64,000 bases of DNA from a virus (Duplodnaviria; Caudoviricetes), in IMG/VR virus record IMGVR_UViG_3300043464_002149; one strand, 5' to 3'. This document shows positions 47,429-56,030 of this stretch, in pieces (the first letter of the stretch is position 1; each line of letters begins with the position of its first letter). The notes under the pieces are model-generated. The model made no database searches and was not told the DNA's origin. It worked only from the letters and a program-made list of their open reading frames with translations. The position numbers and the translations under genes were made by a program.

Positions 47429-48754
47429 TTATTTAGACAATCCCACGTTGGTACCTCGCAAAAGGTCGTCTAAATCATCGGGACCGTCATCGTCGTCATC
47501 ATTAGAGCCATCGTAATTGTCATCATCATAATCTTCATATTCCTTTTTTAATAAAATTGCTTCTCGCATAATTTCATTAAACACTTGAGTAGCTAATCTA
47601 TTTTTTGATTCGTCTTGACTTACCACATTAGAAATTATTTTTAAAAACTCTTTTGCTGGAATGTCGTAAAGAATTTTTTCAAACCAACTAATTAAACCTT
47701 TGTTTTCGTCTAAAAACATTTCATCTGGTAACAACATGCGTAACTTTTCATATAACTCAGGACCCATTCTCAATTGAATTGGCTCGTTACTTAATACATC
47801 TGTCTGTCCCATCACCTTTTGTGCCATTCCAGGTTCTTTAGGTAAACCATGTCTAGCTGTAGCCTCTTTTATACCCTTAATCAATTCGTGACATAAAACA
47901 GGAAACATTGTTCCTTTAGCAACTATTTTTGTGTCTACTGAATCATCTCCTTCATATTCACCCTCATCACCGCCTCCTTCAGAATCTGGTTCATCTAGAA
48001 AATTTTGACCGATCACTCCCGAACCAGTTTGACTCATTCTATCTATCATTTCATCCATTGTAAAATACATGAAATCCGTGATTGACATAACTCTTCTATA
48101 TAATGGATAAAGTCTAGGGTCAATTTCGTCTAATTTTGATTTTACTTCTGGTTTTTCGTAAATATGGTGTGCTTTTTTAGCTGCACCTTGTACGATTGCA
48201 TTGATAATATTTCTTTTGTGTTTCTCTAATTCTAATTTTTCTTCTTGAGTTAAATCTTCAACATCAAATGAAGGTATTTGAATTCCAGATTCTTCGTCAT
48301 CATTCTCTTCATCGTCAGTTTCTTCTTCAGGTGAATATCTAAATTTTGAAGTGTCTATACTTCCAGTTTCATTCAAACTAATTTCAAATTGATACCAATT
48401 AGGATTTATTTCAGTTTCATCAATACATGCTTGTAGAGCTAATTCTTTTAATGCTGGAATATGATTATTTTCAATTCTAACAATTTGAGAGAATCCAGAC
48501 ATCATTTCGTTAAACAACATACCCTGTACTTGTTGAGAACTTAAGTCTTGAATATTTGTAACTCTTCTTAAATGGTCAACAATTTTCTTAAACCTTGCGC
48601 CAATTAAACGTTCAACATCCTGAGGGCCTCTACCCATAGCTGGGTTTGAACCGTATAAACTATCTGGACTACCGGCCGTTCTTTCCAAATTAGAACCCAT
48701 CCTTTCTGGATAGTTACCATAATCTATAGCTTCTTTAATTTTTTTACTTTTCAT
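47429..48754 (-). CDS. hypothetical acidic head-module protein
   Basis: 441 aa; KRNIINAIVQGAAKK and FPVLCHELIKG motifs; acidic linkers. Confidence 0.6.
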   Translation of the reverse strand: MKSKKIKEAIDYGNYPERMGSNLERTAGSPDSLYGSNPAMGRGPQDVERLIGARFKKIVDHLRRVTNIQDLSSQQVQGMLFNEMMSGFSQIVRIENNHIPALKELALQACIDETEINPNWYQFEISLNETGSIDTSKFRYSPEEETDDEENDDEESGIQIPSFDVEDLTQEEKLELEKHKRNIINAIVQGAAKKAHHIYEKPEVKSKLDEIDPRLYPLYRRVMSITDFMYFTMDEMIDRMSQTGSGVIGQNFLDEPDSEGGGDEGEYEGDDSVDTKIVAKGTMFPVLCHELIKGIKEATARHGLPKEPGMAQKVMGQTDVLSNEPIQLRMGPELYEKLRMLLPDEMFLDENKGLISWFEKILYDIPAKEFLKIISNVVSQDESKNRLATQVFNEIMREAILLKKEYEDYDDDNYDGSNDDDDDGPDDLDDLLRGTNVGLSK

Positions 48755-49689
48755 TAGTTATTACTAAAAATTTTGTTAATCATGTTAATTACCCTAGACT
48801 TCGCTTCTTCACCACTAATCTCCTTAGCCTTAGCTTTTGGTACAGGATTAGGTAAAGGTTGTTTTTTGGGATCTTGTGGTCTTTGTCCTGGATGTCTTGG
48901 CTTTTCTCTTGTTGGTCTATCTGTATCTGGCTTAGATGGTGCTGGTTTAACATCCGGCTTAACATCTGGTTGTGCCATATCAAATTCATTCATAAATTCA
49001 GGTAAATGATCAATCATTTCTTTCTCATATAAATCAGAAGATTCATTAATTTTTTCTTTTACTAATGAAACCATATCACCTTTAGTAACTAAACTATGGT
49101 AATTAGAATTAATAGTATTTTCAACAAACTCATGTAAATTTTTGAAAACTGGTTTTACCTTTTTAGATTTTCTTAATTGTCCAACTGAGATTACCTCATC
49201 TTCTTTAACTTCCTTAAATTTTATTGACTCATTTGTATCTCTATTATACCACTTTTTATTCTTTTCATTCCAACGATAACCTAAATTCATGGCCGCTTCA
49301 GCAAATCCATCATCGTCAAAATCTTCGCTACCGTATTCCCCATAATTCCATCCCATATCAGACATAGCATTGTATAATTCCTCATCAGTTTGCCCATCGT
49401 CTGATTTAGATGATTTTTTAGTATCTTTCTTTTTAGAACTTTCTTTAACTTCAATGTTTTTATCCTTAAGAATACTTGGATCATGTGCTGCTTTATCTAA
49501 AATTGCATTAACAGCCGCTTTATCTTTTGGATCACCAGCAGTATAAATAGTTTTAGTTGTTGTAACTGTTTGAGCTTCTTTTAAAACCTTATTTGCAAAT
49601 TTTTCTAATTGCTTATCGTTAAAACTAACTAAAGTTTTTTCTGAAAATCCTTCAGACATTAGTTTTTGTATTAATTGTGCTCTTTTCAT
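48754..49689 (-). CDS. hypothetical head-associated protein
   Basis: Many xKE/xNE-S sites; Pro/Lys-rich C-terminus. Confidence 0.55.
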   Translation of the reverse strand: MKRAQLIQKLMSEGFSEKTLVSFNDKQLEKFANKVLKEAQTVTTTKTIYTAGDPKDKAAVNAILDKAAHDPSILKDKNIEVKESSKKKDTKKSSKSDDGQTDEELYNAMSDMGWNYGEYGSEDFDDDGFAEAAMNLGYRWNEKNKKWYNRDTNESIKFKEVKEDEVISVGQLRKSKKVKPVFKNLHEFVENTINSNYHSLVTKGDMVSLVKEKINESSDLYEKEMIDHLPEFMNEFDMAQPDVKPDVKPAPSKPDTDRPTREKPRHPGQRPQDPKKQPLPNPVPKAKAKEISGEEAKSRVINMINKIFSNN

Positions 49690-50087
49690 TTTAATTTAAA
49701 ATTTATTTCTTCGTTAATTAATCTAAGCCCTTTGGTTGCTAATTTAGTAGTTACACTTTCTAATTCTTCAGCAAAATGAAAAGAAATCCTTATTGGTCTC
49801 TCTTCAGCCTCCATATCAAAAGCTTCCCATCCTAAAGCAACAATCCCATCAACAGCGTCGATTACACCAAAATAGTCAGAATTTTGTACTAGTTCAAGCT
49901 TTAAATCACAATTTTTTAATAGCCCAACTAAATCGATACTTTCTATTTCTGGTGGTATTGCTCTACCTGCAGATGGGATTATGAACCACTCTTCTACTAA
50001 TGTGTCTGGATCATTACCAAAGATAAATTCATATTGTCTTTGGCCCTTATAGTCTTGACCCAGTTCATTAATATAGAGTAGATACAT
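49686..50087 (-). CDS. hypothetical protein
   Basis: 133-aa ORF coupled to its neighbours. Confidence 0.65.
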   Translation of the reverse strand: MYLLYINELGQDYKGQRQYEFIFGNDPDTLVEEWFIIPSAGRAIPPEIESIDLVGLLKNCDLKLELVQNSDYFGVIDAVDGIVALGWEAFDMEAEERPIRISFHFAEELESVTTKLATKGLRLINEEINFKLK

Positions 50088-51136
50088 TATTCAAAATATT
50101 TACTTAATGTTGTGTTGATACTTTCGTTTATATCATTTAATTCAGGAGTGATATCTAATTCATCTTCAGCCTCTTCTTCCGGATTAATTTTAGTTCCATC
50201 AGGATTTCTTGATAAAGGTTCTAAACCAGCTTCACTTCTTTCGAAATCATCAGTGTCAAAGAAATAATATTCACCCAAATCTTGTTCTTCCTCTTCAGGA
50301 GATTCAAAATTTGAATTAACCAACTCTTCTAATTTAGAAATTCTTTCTGCTAAATCATCTTCAGGTGTTGGCTCATCTTCTGCAGATGGTTCATCACTTG
50401 GTGCTGGTTCTTCACCTGCTACTGGTTCTTCAGTTTCATCTCTATCGAATTTTTTACCAATTTCCTCAATATCGTCCTCTTCTAATTTGTCAAGGTCAAC
50501 AGCAGAAATGATCATGTTCAAAACGTATTTGATATCATCACTTTCCATTTTAACTTGCTGATCCCTTAATTCTTGTCCAAGTTTTCCTGCAAATTTTTGG
50601 ATTTCCGCCATATAATCTGATCTTTTACCTTCTTCAGGAGACATAGTTGGTTCTTCACCTGACATTTGTGGTTCATCAGCAGGCATTTCTGGTGCTGGTT
50701 CTGGTGCTGGTTCAGTATCGCCGGCTGGAGGTAATGCTGGTGGCATATCGTTTACAGCATCTTGAGGCATTGGAGCCTCTTCTTTTGGCTTATTTGGCTT
50801 TAAAACATATTTTGTAACTTCTTCATTCAATTCTTGAGAACTTAATAGTTCAAGTCTTTTCAATGCTTCAGCATATGAAGTAAATCTATTTTTATTCTTC
50901 ATAAACAATCCACCGATATAATCTAAGGCTTGTTCATTTAGTCCTTTTTTCACATAATAACCATCTTTTTCTCTAACAATACCATAAACACCATTAGAAC
51001 TCTCTTTTACAAGTTCTGCATTTTTAGTTTGTTTTGAAGATGATGATCTTTCGTTATAGTAGGCTAACTCAAGGATTCTCCTCATTTTTTCGTCCCCTTG
51101 TAGCTTTTCGCTACCTATAGGTTTTAAATCTCCCAT
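50087..51136 (-). CDS. hypothetical acidic/Pro-rich head-associated protein
   Basis: MGDLKPIGSEKL N-terminus, PAPE/EEP linkers, ends INESINTTLSKYFE; late motif at 51171-51177. Confidence 0.6.
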   Translation of the reverse strand: MGDLKPIGSEKLQGDEKMRRILELAYYNERSSSSKQTKNAELVKESSNGVYGIVREKDGYYVKKGLNEQALDYIGGLFMKNKNRFTSYAEALKRLELLSSQELNEEVTKYVLKPNKPKEEAPMPQDAVNDMPPALPPAGDTEPAPEPAPEMPADEPQMSGEEPTMSPEEGKRSDYMAEIQKFAGKLGQELRDQQVKMESDDIKYVLNMIISAVDLDKLEEDDIEEIGKKFDRDETEEPVAGEEPAPSDEPSAEDEPTPEDDLAERISKLEELVNSNFESPEEEEQDLGEYYFFDTDDFERSEAGLEPLSRNPDGTKINPEEEAEDELDITPELNDINESINTTLSKYFE

Positions 51137-51208
51137 TGTAATAATATTAAAATAAGCTTATTCTTAATCAATAAATATTGAATAAAAGGAAAAAAATACA
51201 GTTTACAA

Positions 51209-52000
51209 TTATGATAGAGATAATTTTTTGTTTGATACCTCTTTTTTCAAGTTCATTAATTTTTCTATGTATCCGTTTCTTCTTAACAATTTGAATGTTA
51301 AGTTTTCATATGAATATTCCCCACCAGTAGTTAAACCGGTCTTTCTAAATTTTTTGAGTTTATCTCTTAGATCTAATATTTGTTTTGTAACATCATTTCC
51401 CGAACTAAAAGAGTCTAATAATGTGTCAATTTTCTTTGCAAAATATTCACCTTTACCTAAAATTTGATTTGTATCTATCGTTTCTTTTTTTGCTGATGGT
51501 TCAACTACCCATTCATTATTAAGAATAGAATAAACACCCGTTGATGAATGTTCTTCATCTATATCTTGAACATATATCTCAACATCAAACCCTTTAATTT
51601 TAATATCATTTTGTTCATTCCACACGCCCTTTTTAGCATCAAAAAATTCTTTTACTATGTCATTTAAAGCTGTGGATGTTGATTTATCTCCATCATTTAG
51701 TTCATCCATATCAACCAATATATGTAAATCAACGTCAGAATATTCGGACCAGTTATAGTTAGCTAAAGAACCGGTTAATATAACGTCATGAATAAAGAAA
51801 TCAACCCCAGTAAAATCAATAAAATTATCAGTTATTTCCAATAATCTATCAACAATCTCTTTTTTCATCACATAAGAACCATTACCCCCTTTTTCAAATA
51901 TAGTAGGGCATAAATGATCTTTTATTTGAAAAGATTTGATAATTTTATTATCGACCTCCGGATCTGATAATTCTAAAAGTTCATCGACTAGATTATTCAT
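51209..52000 (-). CDS. Pol-beta superfamily nucleotidyltransferase
   Basis: ILTGSLANYNWSEYSDVDLHILVD (hGS-x10-DhDh) and a third acid in VEIYVQD. Confidence 0.85.
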   Translation of the reverse strand: MNNLVDELLELSDPEVDNKIIKSFQIKDHLCPTIFEKGGNGSYVMKKEIVDRLLEITDNFIDFTGVDFFIHDVILTGSLANYNWSEYSDVDLHILVDMDELNDGDKSTSTALNDIVKEFFDAKKGVWNEQNDIKIKGFDVEIYVQDIDEEHSSTGVYSILNNEWVVEPSAKKETIDTNQILGKGEYFAKKIDTLLDSFSSGNDVTKQILDLRDKLKKFRKTGLTTGGEYSYENLTFKLLRRNGYIEKLMNLKKEVSNKKLSLS

Positions 52001-52245
52001 TAACTGACTTTTTTAAACTTATATTTTGTTTTAATATTACTGTTTAAAAATGAACCTTGAGAATCACTCATTCTGAATTTAGTGAACAGCTCCCAAGGAA
52101 CACCTTCGTATTCATAAATACTTCCATTATTAAACACAATAATCAATTGTGATGTTTCTGTGTTATATGTTGCTGATTTAATATTTGTTGATTTAATATC
52201 AACATGAATCAGCTTACCATCGATTTTTTCTGAAATAATACCCAT
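52000..52245 (-). CDS. KTSC-domain protein
   Basis: IKSTNIKSATYN...LIIVFNNGSIYEYEGVP...SQGSFLNSNIK. ATG 52245 is preferred (ORF track 52323). Confidence 0.85.
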   Translation of the reverse strand: MGIISEKIDGKLIHVDIKSTNIKSATYNTETSQLIIVFNNGSIYEYEGVPWELFTKFRMSDSQGSFLNSNIKTKYKFKKVS

Positions 52246-52284
52246 ATTCTCTTTTTTATAAAATATAAGACTTTTTAAAATAAT

Positions 52285-52308
52285 AAAAAAGCCCCAATTA
52301 ATGGGGCT
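52285..52308 (-). terminator. intrinsic terminator after the Hsp20 gene
   Basis: AGCCCCA-TTAAT-TGGGGCT plus a T6 run on the minus strand. Confidence 0.75.
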
Positions 52309-52329
52309 CAGATTTTGCAACAATAAATG

Positions 52330-52698
52330 TTAATTTAATGAAATTAACCTCTCCAATGATTTCTTTTTGTCAACTGGTAACGTTAATTCAAGAATACCAT
52401 TTTCAACTTTACCAACAATATCCTTTTCTTTAACGTCATCCGGAATATTGTATGCTTTTACAAAATTATTTACGAAATACGTTCTTTCGTCTTTTTCTTG
52501 TTTTTCAAATGATATTTTCAATATACCATCTTTTGTTGTAATTTTTAGGTCTTCCTTAGTTAAACCAGGAATTGACAATAAAACTTTGTATTCGGTTTCA
52601 TTTTTACGAATACTTGTTTGCGGCCCAACCGCAATACGTGTTGCGTCAAACGCTTTGTCCACAACATCAAAAAACGGGTCTTTAAATAATGTAATCAT
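52330..52698 (-). CDS. small heat-shock protein (Hsp20/alpha-crystallin)
   Basis: IPGLTKEDLKI...DGILKIS...KAYNIPDDV....GKVENGILELTLP. ATG 52698 is preferred. Confidence 0.92.
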   Translation of the reverse strand: MITLFKDPFFDVVDKAFDATRIAVGPQTSIRKNETEYKVLLSIPGLTKEDLKITTKDGILKISFEKQEKDERTYFVNNFVKAYNIPDDVKEKDIVGKVENGILELTLPVDKKKSLERLISLN

Positions 52699-52740
52699 AG
52701 TTTTTATTTTTTTATTTAGCATTTTGCAAATTACAAACCA

Positions 52741-52796
52741 AATGTCTAAAACTGACATTTAGACATTCGTTAGACATTTTTTTAGACATTTTGTCA
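52741..52796. promoter_or_regulatory. GACATT direct/inverted repeat array in the hsp20-clpC divergent promoter
   Basis: GACATT at 52754, 52762, 52773 and 52785; inverted AATGTC at 52741; TTGTCA at 52791. Confidence 0.55.
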
Positions 52797-52855
52797 ATCA
52801 TTATCTTTTTTTTTATGAAAAAAAATCCGTATGTTTGCTTATAAATCAAAAAGTT

Positions 52856-54874
52856 ATGCCAGTAGACTTCGAATACGAGGAAAATCAAAGAACAAATCCG
52901 AAAAACAGAAAAAGTACAACAGGTACACCTATTCTAGATAATTTTTCTAGGGATCTAATTAAATTAGCTCAAGAAGGTAAGATTGATCCAGTTGTGGGTA
53001 GGGACAAGGAAGTTAAAAGAATCGCGCAAATTCTTTCTAGAAAGAAAAAGAATAACGCAGTCATTGTTGGTGATGCTGGTGTTGGTAAATCAGCTCTAGT
53101 TGAAAAATTAGCCTTAATGATATCCAAAGGTAATTGCCCATCTAATTTACTAGATAAGAGAGTCGTTTCACTTGACCTCACATCTCTTGTTGCTGGTACA
53201 AAGTATCGTGGGCAATTTGAAGAGAGAATTAAAGCAATCTTACATGAACTACAAGAAAACCCAGATGTGGTTATCTTTATTGATGAATTACACACTATGG
53301 TTGGTGCGGGTAATGCTAGTGGCTCTATGGACGCCGCTAATATTTTAAAACCAGCATTAGCAAGAGGTGAGATTCAATGTATCGGTGCCACAACATTTGA
53401 TGAGTTTAAAAAACATATCGAAAAGGATGGGGCTTTAGTTAGACGTTTCCAAAAGATCATCTTGAAAGAACCAACAGAAATTGAAACAATTGAAATATTA
53501 AATAATTTACAAAAATCATATGAGGACTATCATAAAGTAACATATGGTGAAGAAGTTATTGAAACAATTGTTAGATTGTCCGGAAGATATATGACCGATA
53601 AACAATTTCCAGATAAAGCAATCGATGTTTTAGATGAGCTTGGTTCAGAAAAAAGAGTTGTAACAAAAATCCCAGAGATTGTTGATAAATTAAAAAAAGA
53701 AATTGAAGATATTAGAAATAAAAAGATTGAGGTGGTTAAAGCTCAAGTTTATGAACAAGCAGCAAAATTAAGAGATGAGGAAAAAAGAGTCCTTAAGAAA
53801 TTAGAGGATGAGAAAATTAAATGGTTAGACAAACAAAAAGGTAATTTAATACCTGTAACAGTTGAAGATGTTTATGAGATTGTTTCTAACATAACAGGAA
53901 TACCAATCACAAAAATTGACAATAATGAAGTAAGTAACTTACTTAATTTAGAAACTGAATTATCAAGTAAAGTTATTGGTCAAGACGATGCAATTTCTAT
54001 CATATCTAAAGCCATTAGAAGAAATAGGGTCGGTATTAAAGATAATAAAAAACCTATTGGTTCGTTTATTTTTATAGGTTCCACAGGTGTTGGTAAGACA
54101 TATTTGGCTAAAAGCTTGGCTCAATTAATATTTGGATCAGAAGAGAAAGTTATTCGTGTTGATATGAGTGAATATATGGAAAAACACGCGGTATCTAGAT
54201 TAATAGGATCTCCTCCAGGGTATGTTGGTTATGATGAAGGCGGTCAATTAACTGAAAAAGTTAAAAACAACCCATTCTCGGTAATCCTGTTTGATGAAAT
54301 TGAAAAAGCACACAAAGACGTCTTTAATATCTTACTTCAAATATTAGACGAAGGTCATCTTACAGATTCATTTGGTAGAAAAGTTAATTTTACCAATACC
54401 TTGATTATCATGACTTCTAATGTTGGCGCAAAAAAAGTATCCGAATTTGGTAACGGTGTTGGTTTTTCTACAACCAGTAGCCAAACACAACAACATGAGG
54501 TTAAAAAAACAATGATACAAAAATCATTGAAACAACAATTTAACCCAGAGTTTTTGAACAGGATAGATGATATTATTTTATTTAATTCTTTAAATGAGGA
54601 ATCACTTAAAAAGATTATTGGCTTAGAAATCAATAAGTTATCACAAAGATTGAAAGAGAAAAAATATCTTATTTCTTTTGATGATTCTGTTTTGAATGAA
54701 ATTATTCAAAGAAATAAAGAAGAGGCTTATGGTGCTAGACCAATAAAAAGAATAATACAATCTCTTTGTGAGGACTTTTTAAGTGATCAAATTTTGATGG
54801 GGACAATTAAGGAAAATAAACCCGTTAAATTAATTTATAAAGAAAAAATGGTCTTAAAAACGAAAATCATATAG
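52856..54874 (+). CDS. clpC: ClpC/ClpB-family AAA+ chaperone lacking the N-terminal Clp-repeat domain
   Basis: GDAGVGKS, FIDELH, GSTGVGKT, LFDEIEKAH, UVR-like middle coiled coil and a VGF loop. ATG 52856 follows a TATGTTTG Bacteroidota-type -7 element. Confidence 0.85.
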   Translation: MPVDFEYEENQRTNPKNRKSTTGTPILDNFSRDLIKLAQEGKIDPVVGRDKEVKRIAQILSRKKKNNAVIVGDAGVGKSALVEKLALMISKGNCPSNLLDKRVVSLDLTSLVAGTKYRGQFEERIKAILHELQENPDVVIFIDELHTMVGAGNASGSMDAANILKPALARGEIQCIGATTFDEFKKHIEKDGALVRRFQKIILKEPTEIETIEILNNLQKSYEDYHKVTYGEEVIETIVRLSGRYMTDKQFPDKAIDVLDELGSEKRVVTKIPEIVDKLKKEIEDIRNKKIEVVKAQVYEQAAKLRDEEKRVLKKLEDEKIKWLDKQKGNLIPVTVEDVYEIVSNITGIPITKIDNNEVSNLLNLETELSSKVIGQDDAISIISKAIRRNRVGIKDNKKPIGSFIFIGSTGVGKTYLAKSLAQLIFGSEEKVIRVDMSEYMEKHAVSRLIGSPPGYVGYDEGGQLTEKVKNNPFSVILFDEIEKAHKDVFNILLQILDEGHLTDSFGRKVNFTNTLIIMTSNVGAKKVSEFGNGVGFSTTSSQTQQHEVKKTMIQKSLKQQFNPEFLNRIDDIILFNSLNEESLKKIIGLEINKLSQRLKEKKYLISFDDSVLNEIIQRNKEEAYGARPIKRIIQSLCEDFLSDQILMGTIKENKPVKLIYKEKMVLKTKII

Positions 54875-54920
54875 TTTTTTACTAAATATTTGACTTTTTA
54901 TGAAAAACACATATATTTAT

Positions 54921-55027
54921 ATGCTTGAAGGTTCTCTTTGTCGATTACCTTTTCGTTTTTTTCAAAAGTAAGCGGGGTTGAATCCGCCGAAAGACCTATA
55001 AACCCCGACATCTTGTTGGGGTTTTTT
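54921..55027 (+). ncRNA. candidate structured small RNA (three-way junction, T-arm-like hairpin) ending in an intrinsic terminator
   Basis: Promoter-like TTGACT-16-TATATT overlapping TATTTAT, several stems, terminator AAACCCCGACA-TCT-TGTTGGGGTTT-TTT; only a 16-codon ORF. Confidence 0.45.
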
Positions 55028-55073
55028 ATTACCATTTGGTTTTTACGTTTTTTTTAGTTATATTAAACATAAT

Positions 55074-55292
55074 ATGAAAAAATATACATTTATTTTGGCT
55101 CTTGGTGTAGCACTTACACTAACAGCATGTGGTTCAGGATCTGCCACAAAGGAAGCAACAGATTCAACTGCTGCACAAGTTGATACAACTGCTGTACCTA
55201 CAGCTGATTCGACAGCAAGCGTAGTAGAAGCCCCAGTAGCGCCAGCTGACCCGTCTAAACCGGCAGCACCAGTAACTGAAGCGGTAAAATAA
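55074..55292 (+). CDS. small Ala/Thr/Pro-rich lipoprotein
   Basis: MKKYTFILALGVALTLTA-CGSGS lipobox; low-complexity mature part; own promoter-like element and terminator. Confidence 0.8.
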   Translation: MKKYTFILALGVALTLTACGSGSATKEATDSTAAQVDTTAVPTADSTASVVEAPVAPADPSKPAAPVTEAVK

Positions 55293-55294
55293 GA

Positions 55295-55327
55295 AATGGG
55301 CCAGATAACCTGGCCCGTTTTATTTTT
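55295..55327 (+). terminator. intrinsic terminator after the lipoprotein gene
   Basis: AATGGGCCAG-ATAAC-CTGGCCCGTT followed by a T-rich run. Confidence 0.8.
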
Positions 55328-55398
55328 AATCATTCTAAAATAATGTGTAATTTGTTTTTTTGGATTTTTTTATTTATTTTTATGATATAAACAAGCAA

Positions 55399-55575
55399 AT
55401 GAAACAAGACTCACAAACTAAAATCTTATTCATAGCGACCATTATTATGCTTTTAATGGTTTTTTTAATTGCAAAACACTACAGAAATGAAGTGTTTGAA
55501 TTAAAACGTGATATTAAGAAATTAGAAATACTTATAGAAAAGCATGGAAGAGATAGTACAAGAATACAAAGGTGA
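55399..55575 (+). CDS. small single-TM protein with a coiled-coil tail
   Basis: ILFIATIIMLLMVFLIA hydrophobic segment. ATG 55399 is preferred (ORF track 55360). Confidence 0.55.
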   Translation: MKQDSQTKILFIATIIMLLMVFLIAKHYRNEVFELKRDIKKLEILIEKHGRDSTRIQR

Positions 55576-55975
55576 TTTAATTTTACTTAGAGGAATACCT
55601 GGTTCAGGTAAAACTACTCTAGGTGATATTATTTTACAAACAACTCAGCAACAAAGCCCAGATGTTTTGTCTGCTGATAATTTTTTTGTTGACGAAAAAG
55701 GTAATTATAATTTCGACGCAACAAAACTAAAAGAAGCACATAATCTATGTCAACAAAAATGTGCGGAAAGAATGCGTTTAGAATTTTCAAAAATTGTTGT
55801 TGCAAATACGTTTACACAAGAATGGGAAATGGAACCATATTTTGAAATGGCAAAAAGGTACCGTTACAGAATTCACACTTTAATTGTTGAAAATAGACAC
55901 GGTAGTAAAAACATACATGATGTACCTGATGAAAAACTGGTACAGATGAAAAATCGATTTGATATTTCTTTGTAA
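55544..55975 (+). CDS. stand-alone P-loop kinase (AAA_33 / polynucleotide-kinase-like)
   Basis: LRGIPGSGKTT, LSADNFF, IVVANTFT, HDVPDEKLVQMKNRF. Confidence 0.8.
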   Translation: MEEIVQEYKGDLILLRGIPGSGKTTLGDIILQTTQQQSPDVLSADNFFVDEKGNYNFDATKLKEAHNLCQQKCAERMRLEFSKIVVANTFTQEWEMEPYFEMAKRYRYRIHTLIVENRHGSKNIHDVPDEKLVQMKNRFDISL

Positions 55976-56030
55976 ATGAGTAAGTTCATTAGTTCTTATA
56001 CAAAAAATTCACTACTTCAAAAAAACCGTA

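Noticed and set aside
54960-55000. Canonical tRNA gene
   Set aside because: No D-arm, no 7-bp acceptor stem or CCA, and the T-loop lacks C56; kept only as a tRNA-like candidate.
55074-55575. Lipoprotein plus TM coiled-coil gene as a two-component spanin
   Set aside because: The order is reversed relative to typical i-/o-spanin pairs, a terminator separates them, and no endolysin is adjacent.
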